A DNA stretch of 64,000 bases from NCBI GenBank assembly GCA_039804775.1, contig JBDLVN010000062.1:10110-74109 (forward strand). The letters are read 5' to 3'. The DNA is from Actinomycetota bacterium. GTDB lineage: Bacteria > Actinomycetota > Actinomycetes > Actinomycetales > Microbacteriaceae. Positions 17,979-27,486 of the stretch are shown piece after piece. Position numbers and translations under genes: made by a program. How positions within the stretch are numbered: position 1 is the stretch's first letter; each line of letters opens with the position of its first letter. The notes under the pieces were generated by a model. That model was given only the letters and a program-made list of their open reading frames with translations. It searched no databases and had not been told where the DNA came from.

Positions 17979-19412
17979 ATGGAGTACCGCGCTATGGCTA
18001 AGAAAGATGGCACAAACGTGCCCACAAACCGTCATGTGAAGCTGTCGCCGATCTATCAGGTCGTTCTGCCTGGTTTTCTACAAATTAAGTCGAAGCGAAA
18101 AGCTTTTGGAGTAATCGCTTTGAGCATCTGGGCAAGCATCTTTGCACTAATCGGTGTGGTGGCGTTCATTTACACAAATGACTTGGTGCTATTTTTTACG
18201 ATTCTAACCAGTGACAAGTACCTGCTTGCAATCGAAGTTTTTATTGGCCTTGTGGGATTTACTCTGGTTGCAGTTGCTTTTGACTCAATCGTGCGAGTTT
18301 TGCGCTCATCGATTAAAGTGTGGGTCAAGCCCATAATCGCAATACTCCTAGCGGCAGCGATGTCTGGCCAGACGGCGGTTGCCTATACCGGCACTCAATA
18401 CGTTCAGTCACAGCGAGACATGCTCAACTCGATTTTTACATCCCAAACCAACGACTCAACGGCATCTAACCAACTCGAAGGACTACCTGTTGCAACTCTT
18501 GCCATGTCGCACGAAGGCGCAGCTTTAAGTTCAGCAAACGCGACAATTCTCGAAGGCCTGGGCTCAGGCTTCGGCAGCCCGATTTCGTTGGCATCAAGTA
18601 GCTCTTCGCGCGTCAACATTCTATTAATTGGTGGCGATGCCGGAGGTGGCCGCATCGGTCTGCGAGCTGACAGCATTTCTGTGCTCAGCGTTAACAAAGT
18701 GACCGGTAAAACCGTAATCATTGGCCTGCCTCGCAACATGCAAAGGGTTCCATTCGTCAAGGGTTCTCCTATGCAAAAGGTTTTTCCGAATGGGTTCAAC
18801 TGCGGCAGTACATGCCTGTTGAACGCCATCTACACCTATGCAAATGGTCACCGCAATCTATACTCAGCAAAGAAATACAAGGGCAAGAACCCTGGATTCG
18901 AGGCGACCAGAGAAGCAGTCGAAGGTGTCCTGGGAATCAAGATTCCTTACATGCTGACCTCAGACATGGGTTTCTTCGCAACTCTAGTCTTTGCCGTCGG
19001 CGGGCTGCGAGTTTGCGTTCCGAAGCGCACCTTGGGCGAAGACATGAAAACTGTTTTTCACAAGGGTTGCCAGACAATGAATGGTTCAAGGGCGATTCTC
19101 TATGCTCGCACTCGTTACGACTGGGATGACTACCACCGCATGTTGAAACAGCGCTTGCTTCAAGAGGCACTGATTAAGCAGGTTACTCCTCAAGACTTGA
19201 TCTTCAACTGGAAGAAAGTAGCTAAAGCCGCAAGCCACTATGTGACTGCCGACATTCCTCGTGATCAGCTTGGTTCTTTGCTTGCATTGGGCATGAGAGC
19301 TAGAACTCAATCGCTCACAACGCTAGAAATTACCCCACCGAAATTTAATATGGTCTACCCAGACTTCGCAGCCATTCGCAAATCTGTCAAAAGTACTTTG
19401 GGCAAAAACTAA
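17979..19412 (+). CDS. LCP-family (LytR-CpsA-Psr) glycopolymer ligase
   Basis: 477 aa. N-terminal TM bundle followed by an LLIGGDAGGGRIGLRADSISVLSVN core typical of LCP proteins. Confidence 0.85.
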   Translation: MEYRAMAKKDGTNVPTNRHVKLSPIYQVVLPGFLQIKSKRKAFGVIALSIWASIFALIGVVAFIYTNDLVLFFTILTSDKYLLAIEVFIGLVGFTLVAVAFDSIVRVLRSSIKVWVKPIIAILLAAAMSGQTAVAYTGTQYVQSQRDMLNSIFTSQTNDSTASNQLEGLPVATLAMSHEGAALSSANATILEGLGSGFGSPISLASSSSSRVNILLIGGDAGGGRIGLRADSISVLSVNKVTGKTVIIGLPRNMQRVPFVKGSPMQKVFPNGFNCGSTCLLNAIYTYANGHRNLYSAKKYKGKNPGFEATREAVEGVLGIKIPYMLTSDMGFFATLVFAVGGLRVCVPKRTLGEDMKTVFHKGCQTMNGSRAILYARTRYDWDDYHRMLKQRLLQEALIKQVTPQDLIFNWKKVAKAASHYVTADIPRDQLGSLLALGMRARTQSLTTLEITPPKFNMVYPDFAAIRKSVKSTLGKN

Positions 19413-19501
19413 CGGCAAATACTGATAATCGCGCTTCGCAGAAGATAATTTAGACCTGATTGTAATCGGGCTGTTCTTCTGATGTGTGTTAGCCAGAGGC
19501 G

Positions 19502-19615
19502 CTACTCGCCCTTTTTGTTCTTAGCTTCTGATTTTGCCTGCTTCTCTTGACGCTTTTCTTTAAGGTTCTTCGCAGGTGCTTTTTTGACGTTCTTTTGCTG
19601 AGTTTTTTCGGCCAT
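19502..19615 (-). CDS. small Lys-rich protein (37 aa), not in the ORF track
   Basis: MAEKTQQKNVKKAPAKNLKEKRQEKQAKSEAKNKKGE. AAGGAG sits 6 nt upstream of the ATG. It lies in an otherwise empty 340-bp gap. Confidence 0.45.
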   Translation of the reverse strand: MAEKTQQKNVKKAPAKNLKEKRQEKQAKSEAKNKKGE

Positions 19616-19752
19616 GAGAGGCTCCTTAGTTATGCGCCAGTTAAGCGTCTGATTGAAGCCTATGCCCTATTGCCCTTTTGCGGTCACACCACATCACAGT
19701 GTTTATTTCGACGAGATGTAAAGCTTCCTGACTACATTGAAAAAGCTCGGGG

Positions 19753-20775
19753 TTAGAACTTGTAGCCGATCTGTTCGCGCACAGAGTCCATTAGCCCCAT
19801 GATTGCAACGCTTTCATCGAGTGGCATGGTCGGGCTCTCGAGCTCGCCCGCTTGAATGCGCGCCTGCGCCTCAAGAAACTGAAAGATTTTGCCGGCATCG
19901 CGCGAAGGCGACTCATAGCTATAGAGCACTTCGCGTTGTGGGCTGAGAACTTTGAACGAGGTTTGAAAATAGAAAGGGCCCTCAATCAAGATTGAGCCTT
20001 TGGTGCCTAGAATCGTAGCGTCGGTTGGGCCGGCTTGAGTCATGCAGGCGTGCAGAGTGCTGCGGTGGCCGTTTTTGTGGTCGAAGATGATCGAAACTTC
20101 GGCATCGACGCCGCCATCGCCAACACCATCGCCAAACGGCCCGGCATCTGGCCCGGTGAGAGTGCCGCGTGCCACGACCGCGATAGGTTGGCCAAGCACT
20201 GCTGCCGCGAAGTTGATCGGGTAAACACCAAGATCAAGCAGGGCTCCCCCACCAAGTTTGCGACTCCACAATCGTTCGCTCACCTCTGGTGGCAAAAACT
20301 GGCTGTGGTCGGCTAGAAGGTATTGCACCTCACCGATCATTCCCGACTCAATGATTCGAGCAATCTCAAGGTGCATCGGCAAAAAGCGAGTCCACATGGC
20401 CTCCATGCAGAACACCCCGGCCTCGCGCGCGGCGTCGGCAATTTGGCGTGCCTCGTCGGCATTCATCGTGAATGGTTTCTCGATCAAAACGTGTTTGCCA
20501 GACGCAATCGCAAGCAGCGCGCACTCAAGGTGCGCCTGGTTGGTTGTGACCACATAAACCGCGTCAACCTCAGGGTCGTTTGCGAGATCAAAATAAGACG
20601 GATGCGCCTTCGCCAACCCAAGCTCACCAGCAAACTCGTCGGCACGCTGTTGGTCGCGTGCGCCGATGGCTTGCACGTGCACGCCGTGGCTTTGCACCTC
20701 ACGCACCACGTCGCGCGCCAGGCGCCCTGCGCCCATTACGCCCCAGCGAATCTGTGATGTCATTTTGCCCTTCAA
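19753..20775 (-). CDS. Gfo/Idh/MocA-family oxidoreductase
   Basis: 340 aa. Rossmann motif IRWGVMGAGRLA and the EKP motif (LIEKPFTMN). Confidence 0.85.
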   Translation of the reverse strand: MKGKMTSQIRWGVMGAGRLARDVVREVQSHGVHVQAIGARDQQRADEFAGELGLAKAHPSYFDLANDPEVDAVYVVTTNQAHLECALLAIASGKHVLIEKPFTMNADEARQIADAAREAGVFCMEAMWTRFLPMHLEIARIIESGMIGEVQYLLADHSQFLPPEVSERLWSRKLGGGALLDLGVYPINFAAAVLGQPIAVVARGTLTGPDAGPFGDGVGDGGVDAEVSIIFDHKNGHRSTLHACMTQAGPTDATILGTKGSILIEGPFYFQTSFKVLSPQREVLYSYESPSRDAGKIFQFLEAQARIQAGELESPTMPLDESVAIMGLMDSVREQIGYKF

Positions 20776-20801
20776 TGCTCTAAGTTTTGTGTCGATGAAT
20801 C

Positions 20802-20836
20802 AAGAACGCCCCGATTTTTGAAGTCGAGGCGTTCTT
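20802..20836 (-). terminator. stem-loop between the sugar ABC operon and the oxidoreductase gene
   Basis: AAGAACGCC...GGCGTTCTT 9-bp arms, extendable to about 13 bp with one mismatch. No clear U-tract on the minus-strand RNA. Confidence 0.35.
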
Positions 20837-20886
20837 TGGCGAAATTTTTTGACGACAGTGTTGAATGACAACACCCCGTCTGGAGG

Positions 20887-22137
20887 TTACTTGCGGTTCT
20901 TGCTCCACACGTCAAACGCAACTGCAAGCAACAACACGAGGCCCTTGACTGTCATCTGAGAGTCGATACCCACCGAGTTCAGGTTCATGCCGTTAGCAAG
21001 CACACCCTGAATTACGCCACCGATCATCGAACCTGCAACGGTACCAACACCGCCTGAAACTGCTGCACCACCAATGAACACTGATGAGATGGCGTCGAGC
21101 TCAAAGCCATCGCCAGCCTTAGGCACTGCAGAGTTCATGCGGGCTGCAATCAAGATGCCCGAAACTGCTGATAGGGCACCCATGTTGACGAACAACCAGA
21201 AGTTCACGCGACGCACGTTGATGCCCGAGAGCATGGCTGCGTGAAGGTTGCCGCCAATTGCATAAATGTGACGGCCGAAAGTTGTTTTGTTCATGACGAT
21301 TGTGTAGATAACCACCAAGAAGACCATTAGCAAAAGGGTGAACGGAATGCCGTTTGCTTGTGCGAGCTGGAGGCCGACATATAAAACCATGGCACTCAGA
21401 GCAACAAGCTTCACATAGAACCAGACTCGAGGTTCAACTGGCTGACCATATTTGATGCGGCCACTGCGCTGACGAATCGCCTGCAACAGAATCGCAATGA
21501 CACCAACGACGGTAACCAGCAAAGCCATGCCGTTGTACTGCTCAGGCAGGCCGATGGCTGCGCCGAATGCATTTTCTTTGTCGAGAAAGCCGTTGCCGAT
21601 GGCGCGAAACTCATCAGGAAAAGGGCCGATGTTGGTGTTTTGAAGGGTCATAAGAGCCATTCCACGAAACAACAACATGCCCGCAAGCGTCACGATGAAC
21701 GCGGGGATTCCCATGTAGGCGACCCAGAAACCCTGCCAAACGCCAACAAGTGCGCCAACCAAAATTGCTCCGAGAATGCCTGCCCACCAAGGTAGGGCAG
21801 GAAGCCATTCCCAACCGGTTTGTTCTAGTGGACGAACCACAAGAATGCCCGCAACTGCACCAATGTAGGCAGCTACAGAGCCAACCGAGAGGTCAATGTG
21901 ACCAGCGATAATGACCATAACCATGCCGATTGCCAAAACAAGAATGTATCCGTTTTGAACTACCAAGTTTGACCAGTTGTCTGGAGTAAGGGACGCAGCA
22001 TTTGGTGTTGTGACACCAAAGAAAACGATCAGGGCAATAAGAGCCAAGAAGATGCCGTTTTGACGAAGGTTTACGCCCTCTAGTCGGCCACGAAGGCCCG
22101 AGAGAAAACTTGCCTTTTCGTTGTTGGTGGTGCTCAT
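20887..22137 (-). CDS. sugar ABC transporter permease (CUT2, GguB/XylH-like)
   Basis: 416 aa polytopic protein of the branched-chain/monosaccharide permease type. Start/stop abuts the ATPase gene. Confidence 0.88.
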   Translation of the reverse strand: MSTTNNEKASFLSGLRGRLEGVNLRQNGIFLALIALIVFFGVTTPNAASLTPDNWSNLVVQNGYILVLAIGMVMVIIAGHIDLSVGSVAAYIGAVAGILVVRPLEQTGWEWLPALPWWAGILGAILVGALVGVWQGFWVAYMGIPAFIVTLAGMLLFRGMALMTLQNTNIGPFPDEFRAIGNGFLDKENAFGAAIGLPEQYNGMALLVTVVGVIAILLQAIRQRSGRIKYGQPVEPRVWFYVKLVALSAMVLYVGLQLAQANGIPFTLLLMVFLVVIYTIVMNKTTFGRHIYAIGGNLHAAMLSGINVRRVNFWLFVNMGALSAVSGILIAARMNSAVPKAGDGFELDAISSVFIGGAAVSGGVGTVAGSMIGGVIQGVLANGMNLNSVGIDSQMTVKGLVLLLAVAFDVWSKNRK

Positions 22138-23672
22138 TATTTAGTGCCCTTCTCTGCTGTCATGTACTGCATAAGTAATTCCGGTGTTGCTTTGTCTTTT
22201 GTGGCCTCACCAGTAATGCGCCCCTCGGCGATTGCATAGATGCGGTCGCAGATGCCTAACAGCTCTGGCAACTCGCTAGAGATGACGATGACACCCTTGC
22301 CCTCATCGGCCAGGCGCTGAATGATTGTATAGATTTCATATTTAGCGCCAACATCGATGCCACGAGTAGGCTCGTCAAGAATCAAAACCTCTGGCGAAAC
22401 GTTGATCCACTGGCTCAAAACAACTTTTTGCTGGTTGCCACCTGAGAGCTTGCCCACAATAGACAAAACCGACGGTGCCTTGATGTTCATGCTGGTGCGG
22501 TATTCAGACGCTACCTTGAACTCTTTGTTGTCGTCAACCAAGCCGTTTTTAACAAACTTGTCGAGTGAAGCAATGGTGATGTTGCGCCGAATGTCATCTA
22601 TCAGATTCAAACCGAAACGTTTTCGGTCTTCAGTGGCATATGCCAAGCCGCTCTTGATGGCCTCGCGAATGTTGTCGACGTTGGCCAACTTGCCGTTCAC
22701 ATAAACCTTGCCCGAGATGTTGGTGCCCCAGCTTTTGCCAAACAGGCTGCGGGCAAACTCGGTTCGACCAGCACCCATGATGCCTGCGATGCCAACGATT
22801 TCACCTTTGCGCACGTTTAGGTTCACACCATCGACAGCAACACGGTGCTTGTCTTCTGGGTGGTGGGCAGTCCAATTTTCGACACGCAAGATTTCTTCGC
22901 CGAGAGTTGCAGTGTGTGCTGGGTAGCGGTTGCTCATCTCGCGACCAACCATGCCCTTGATGATGCGCTCTTGTGTGACGGCGTCTTTCTTCATGTCAAG
23001 AGTTTCGATTGTTTTGCCGTCGCGAATAATCGTTGTTTTGTCAGCGATCGAAGCAATCTCGTTTAGTTTGTGAGAGATGATGATGCAGCTGATGCCTTGG
23101 CCCTTTAGGTGTCTAAGTAGGTCAAGCAGATGTGCCGAGTCTTCGTCGTTAAGCGCTGCAGTTGGTTCGTCAAGAATCAGTAGCTTCACTCGCTTTGAAA
23201 GTGCCTTTGCGATTTCAACAAGCTGTTGTTTGCCAACACCGATTTCTGAAATCTTAGTGTCTGGCTTTTCACTCAAGCCAACGCGTGCCATGAGCTTTTG
23301 AGCCTCAACACCGGTCTTGTTCCAGTTAATTAAACCGAAGCGCTTGATTTCGTTGTTCAAAAAGATGTTTTCGGCAATCGAAAGGTGAGGGCTCAACGCC
23401 AGCTCTTGGTGAATGATTACGATGCCTTTAGCTTCGCTCTCGCGAATGTTCTTGAAAGCCTGAACTTCGTTTTCATAAACGATGTCGCCCTCATAGGTGC
23501 CGTGTGCGTACACACCAGAAAGCACCTTCATAAGTGTTGATTTGCCTGCGCCGTTTTCACCGCAAATAGCGTGAATCTCACCGCGAGCTACAGTCAGAGA
23601 CACATCATCTAGCGCTATTACGCCAGGAAAAACCTTGGTGATTGATTTCATCTCAAGGATGTTCTGTGTCAT
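22137..23672 (-). CDS. sugar ABC transporter ATP-binding protein (duplicated NBD, GguA/AraG-like)
   Basis: 511 aa. Walker [10 protein letters not shown] and a second-domain signature LSGGNQQK, the two-NBD CUT2 architecture. Confidence 0.92.
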   Translation of the reverse strand: MTQNILEMKSITKVFPGVIALDDVSLTVARGEIHAICGENGAGKSTLMKVLSGVYAHGTYEGDIVYENEVQAFKNIRESEAKGIVIIHQELALSPHLSIAENIFLNNEIKRFGLINWNKTGVEAQKLMARVGLSEKPDTKISEIGVGKQQLVEIAKALSKRVKLLILDEPTAALNDEDSAHLLDLLRHLKGQGISCIIISHKLNEIASIADKTTIIRDGKTIETLDMKKDAVTQERIIKGMVGREMSNRYPAHTATLGEEILRVENWTAHHPEDKHRVAVDGVNLNVRKGEIVGIAGIMGAGRTEFARSLFGKSWGTNISGKVYVNGKLANVDNIREAIKSGLAYATEDRKRFGLNLIDDIRRNITIASLDKFVKNGLVDDNKEFKVASEYRTSMNIKAPSVLSIVGKLSGGNQQKVVLSQWINVSPEVLILDEPTRGIDVGAKYEIYTIIQRLADEGKGVIVISSELPELLGICDRIYAIAEGRITGEATKDKATPELLMQYMTAEKGTK

Positions 23673-23731
23673 TACTGCTACCTTGCCTTAGTTGAAATTT
23701 TGTTACTGTGTTGATTCTAAGTGTTGAGATT

Positions 23732-23764
23732 GGGCTGGTGAAGCGCAAAGCGCTTCACCAGCCC
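23732..23764 (-). terminator. perfect intercistronic stem-loop after the binding-protein gene
   Basis: GGGCTGGTGAAGCGC / GCGCTTCACCAGCCC arms of about 14-15 bp, 16 nt downstream of the SBP stop and upstream of the ATPase gene. Confidence 0.5.
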
Positions 23765-23779
23765 GTTGCTTAGTAGGAA

Positions 23780-24910
23780 TTAACCTAGGTCAGCTGCCTT
23801 GATGTAACCCGAGTCAACAAGAACAGCCTGGTAGTTGTCTTTGGTGACGATGTAAGGGGTTAGCAACATTGCTGGAATAACCTTTACGCCGTTGTCGTAA
23901 GTGGTGGTGTCGTTGGTCTCTGGGGTGGTTCCGTTAAGAATCGCCTCAGCCATTGCTACTGCAACCTTTGCAAGTTCACGAGTGTCCTTGAAGATGGTTG
24001 AGTACTGTTCACCAGCAATAATCGCCTTGACAGAAAGAACTTCTGCGTCTTGACCAGAGATGGTAGGTAGTGAACCGGCATAACCTGCGTCGGTTAGAGC
24101 TGCGATGATGCCGCGGCTTAGACCGTCGTAAGGTGAAAGAACACCGTTAACCTTTGCGTCTGCGTATGAACCGACAAGAATGTCTTCCATGCGCTTCTGA
24201 GCAACTGCGCCGTCCCAACGTAGGGTTGCGACCTTCTGGAAGTCAGTCTGGCCTGACTTAACAACAAGCACTCCGCTGTCGATAAGTGGCTGAAGAACTG
24301 ACATTGCACCGTTGAAGAAGAAGGTTGCGTTGTTGTCATCTGGTGAACCAGCGAACAACTCAACGTTTAGTGGGCCAGCAGCGTTTGCGCCGTCAGCTGA
24401 TGTTGAGTCTTCGGTTGCATAAACGCCCATGCCGACTAGCAATGATGTAGCCTGCTGAACGCCAACCTTGAAGTTGTCGAAGGTTGCGTAGTAGTCAACG
24501 TTTGCTGAGTCACGAATCAAGCGGTCGTAGGCGATTACTGGAATGCCCTTGTCTGCTGCTGACTGAAGAACGTCGGTTAGCTGGGTGCCATCGATAGCTG
24601 CGATGATAAGAGCCTTTGCGCCCTTGGTGATCATTGCCTCTAGCTGAGCAACCTGGGTAGGGATGTCATCTTCGGCATACTGAAGGTCAACGTCAAAGCC
24701 ATCTGCTTTTAGTGATGACTTGATGTTGTCACCGTCTGAGATCCAACGGGTTGATGACTGGGTAGGCATTGATACACCAATTAGGCCACCTTTAGCTGAG
24801 TCGCTTGCAGGAGCACAACCGGTCAGAGATGCCACAATGATTGCACTTGCGGCGATAGCGCCGAGTACTTTCTTTAACATTTCGTTTCCTTTCGAACGAT
24901 GGTCAGACAT
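23780..24910 (-). CDS. monosaccharide ABC substrate-binding lipoprotein (ChvE-like)
   Basis: 376 aa. Signal peptide with lipobox LTGC and a periplasmic-binding-protein type I sequence. Confidence 0.88.
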   Translation of the reverse strand: MSDHRSKGNEMLKKVLGAIAASAIIVASLTGCAPASDSAKGGLIGVSMPTQSSTRWISDGDNIKSSLKADGFDVDLQYAEDDIPTQVAQLEAMITKGAKALIIAAIDGTQLTDVLQSAADKGIPVIAYDRLIRDSANVDYYATFDNFKVGVQQATSLLVGMGVYATEDSTSADGANAAGPLNVELFAGSPDDNNATFFFNGAMSVLQPLIDSGVLVVKSGQTDFQKVATLRWDGAVAQKRMEDILVGSYADAKVNGVLSPYDGLSRGIIAALTDAGYAGSLPTISGQDAEVLSVKAIIAGEQYSTIFKDTRELAKVAVAMAEAILNGTTPETNDTTTYDNGVKVIPAMLLTPYIVTKDNYQAVLVDSGYIKAADLG

Positions 24911-25031
24911 TCCACCTGATTTTTTTTTGAAAACGTGTCTATCTCGTTTTCTTTTGCGCTTGCCTCAGATTTTGCTTTTCGGCTAGTTCTGAAGGCTTTG
25001 CTTCATTGAGAAATGATTCTCAAATCCGGAG

Positions 25032-25049
25032 AATGTGAACGCTCACATT
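25032..25049. promoter_or_regulatory. LacI-family operator candidate upstream of the sugar ABC operon
   Basis: AATGTGAACGCTCACATT, 8/9 matching half-sites around a central CG, about 120 nt upstream of the SBP start. Confidence 0.5.
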
Positions 25050-25061
25050 GTCTTGAGATTA

Positions 25062-25080
25062 GTTTGGCATATAGCCAAAC
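25062..25080 (-). terminator. hairpin after araD
   Basis: GTTTGGC-ATATA-GCCAAAC, 20 nt downstream of the araD stop. Weak U-tract. Confidence 0.35.
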
Positions 25081-25099
25081 CGCTTGGCGTTAGATTTGG

Positions 25100-25753
25100 T
25101 TACATTCCGTACACATTTTGATAACGAGTGAATAACGCATCGATGTTTTCTTGCGACAGGCGCTTTGGTTCGCCGATTTGCATGGCAATTGAAACCGACT
25201 TCGCGGCGTCTTCGCACATCACCGCAGCCTTTAAAGCATCACGAGCATCTGAGCCAATCGTGAACACACCGTGCTGGCGCATCAGCACAGCACGTGATCG
25301 GTGCCCAGACAAAGTCTCAACAATGCCTCGCCCGATTGACTCATCACCAATGATCGCAAAGGGGCCTAACGGAATATCTCCACCAAACTCGTCAGCAATC
25401 GAGGTCAGCACGCACGGAATCTCAAGCTCGGCGGCTGCAAAACCGCAAGCGTAGTTTGAATGGGTGTGAACTACACCGCCAACTTCAGGAAGGTTTCGAT
25501 AAACGTAGGCGTGGGCCGCGGTGTCGCTTGAAGGCGAGCGCGTTCCCTCGATGACATTGCCAGCTAGGTCACACAGCACCATTGCGTCGGCATCAAGCTC
25601 GGCATAAGTAACGCCACTTGGCTTGATGAGAAAACCGCCCTCGACGCGTTGCGAGATGTTGCCGCCCGTCCAAATGACAAGCCCCGCCTCAAAAAGTTGC
25701 GCATGCAACTGAGCCAATTTTTGACGCTCTGGGGCAAACTTAACCATTGGCAA
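25100..25753 (-). CDS. araD: L-ribulose-5-phosphate 4-epimerase
   Basis: 217 aa class II aldolase/adducin fold with a VHTHSNYA metal site. Overlaps the araB end. Confidence 0.9.
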   Translation of the reverse strand: MPMVKFAPERQKLAQLHAQLFEAGLVIWTGGNISQRVEGGFLIKPSGVTYAELDADAMVLCDLAGNVIEGTRSPSSDTAAHAYVYRNLPEVGGVVHTHSNYACGFAAAELEIPCVLTSIADEFGGDIPLGPFAIIGDESIGRGIVETLSGHRSRAVLMRQHGVFTIGSDARDALKAAVMCEDAAKSVSIAMQIGEPKRLSQENIDALFTRYQNVYGM

Positions 25754-27407
25754 CGGCCTCTCGTTTGAGGGCTTTTAGGCGCTTCATCACATTGTTTGAA
25801 CCACGGCCAAAATAGTCGTGCAGGGTTTCATATTCTGCAAAAAGTCGGTCATACATTGCACCACGGACCGAATCTGGTTGATACACACCCTTTGACAGAC
25901 TGCCCATAGCTTCGGCTGCTTCACCCACCGACTTATAAGCGCCGGCTGCAACCGCAGCGTGAATCGCTGAACCGAGCGCTGGGCCTTGGCTTGAGTTGAT
26001 AACACTCAGCGGCAGTTGCAAAATGTCGCAATACAGCTGCATCAAGAATGCGTTTTTGATTAGCCCACCAGCCACGACAAACTCGGTCACCGGAACACCC
26101 GAGTCTCTAAAAGTTTCGACGATTTTGCGAGTGCCGAAGGCAGTTGCCTCGAGCAGGGCCCGATAGCCATCTTCTGGTTTGGTGGTGAGCGTGACGCCGA
26201 TCATGAGCCCAGAAAGTTCGTGGTCAACCAAAACTGAGCGGTTGCCCGAGTGCCAGTCGAGCGCAATGAGGCCGTGTTCGCCGACTGCCTGCGGTGCTGC
26301 GAGGTCGGTGAGGTGCTCGTGAATGCTCTTGCCAGCTTTTGCTGCAGCTTCGTAATAACTGCCTGGCACCTGGTTTTTGACATACCAAGCAAAAATATCG
26401 CCAACGCCTGACTGGCCTGCTTCATAGCCGTAATAACCCGAGATGATGCCGCCGTCAACGACACCGCACATTCCTGGCACTTCGCTTAGGGTGGCGCCGT
26501 TCATGACGTGACAGGTTGACGTGCCCATAATTGCAACCATTTGGCCAGGTTCAGTTGCTTTTGCAGCCGGAGCCGTCACGTGAGCGTCAACGTTGCCAAC
26601 CGCAATCGCAATGCCGGCTTTCAAGCCAAGCAGTTCTGCGAACTCTTCGGTTAGACCACCGGCACGATCGCCTAGTTGGCCAATTGTGTGAGCGATTTTC
26701 TCTTCGGCAAAGCTAGCAAACGCTGGGTTGAGGGCAGCCAAATATTCTCGACTCGGATACTCGCCATCTTGCAAATTGCCCTTATAGCCTGCGGTGCAGG
26801 CGTTGCGAACATATTTGCCACAAAGTTGCCAAATGATCCAGTCGGCAGCTTCGACATATTTGAACATGCGATCATAAACTTCGGGAGCTTCTTCGAGCAG
26901 CTGTAGCCCTTTTGCTAGCTCCCATTCAGAAGAAATTTGACCGCCGTAGCGGCTAAGCCAAGTCTCGCCACGTTCTCGGGCAAGCTCGTTGATTCGGTCT
27001 GCTTGCGGTTGGGCGGCATGGTGTTTCCAAAGCTTGACATAAGCGTGAGGGTTGTTTTTGAACTCTGGCAGGTTGCTAAGTGACGTGCCATCTTGGGTCA
27101 CCGCAACCATGGTGCATGCGGTGAAGTCAGTTGCAATGCCAATAACAAACTCTGGTTCAATACCGGCCTCGGCTATGGCCTTAGGAATAGTGACTTTCAG
27201 AACTTCGACATAGTCGTTGGCGTCTTGTAGCGCCCAGTCTGGAGGCAGGGTTGCGCCGCTCGAAGCTAGGGTTTGATCCATCACAGCGTGAGGGTATTCA
27301 AGAACGGCCGCACCTAGTTCTTTGCCGTCAGAGACCCTAACGACCACAGCTCGCCCAGAGAGAGTGCCATAATCAACGCCGATTACATATTGCTCTGCAG
27401 AATTCAT
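25740..27407 (-). CDS. araB: ribulokinase
   Basis: 555 aa FGGY kinase with N-terminal IGVDYGTLSGR. Length and context match AraB. Confidence 0.9.
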   Translation of the reverse strand: MNSAEQYVIGVDYGTLSGRAVVVRVSDGKELGAAVLEYPHAVMDQTLASSGATLPPDWALQDANDYVEVLKVTIPKAIAEAGIEPEFVIGIATDFTACTMVAVTQDGTSLSNLPEFKNNPHAYVKLWKHHAAQPQADRINELARERGETWLSRYGGQISSEWELAKGLQLLEEAPEVYDRMFKYVEAADWIIWQLCGKYVRNACTAGYKGNLQDGEYPSREYLAALNPAFASFAEEKIAHTIGQLGDRAGGLTEEFAELLGLKAGIAIAVGNVDAHVTAPAAKATEPGQMVAIMGTSTCHVMNGATLSEVPGMCGVVDGGIISGYYGYEAGQSGVGDIFAWYVKNQVPGSYYEAAAKAGKSIHEHLTDLAAPQAVGEHGLIALDWHSGNRSVLVDHELSGLMIGVTLTTKPEDGYRALLEATAFGTRKIVETFRDSGVPVTEFVVAGGLIKNAFLMQLYCDILQLPLSVINSSQGPALGSAIHAAVAAGAYKSVGEAAEAMGSLSKGVYQPDSVRGAMYDRLFAEYETLHDYFGRGSNNVMKRLKALKREAVANG

Positions 27408-27430
27408 TGCATGCCCTTCTTTTGTAAAAC

Positions 27431-27448
27431 CATGTTATCGCTAACACT
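27431..27448. promoter_or_regulatory. LacI-family operator candidate upstream of araB
   Basis: CATGTTATCGCTAACACT, with core TGTTA-N-CG-N-TAACA, about 25 nt upstream of the araB start. Confidence 0.4.
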
Positions 27449-27486
27449 TTGGTTGGCTAACCCAATAAAAACTATTAGCTCGATGT

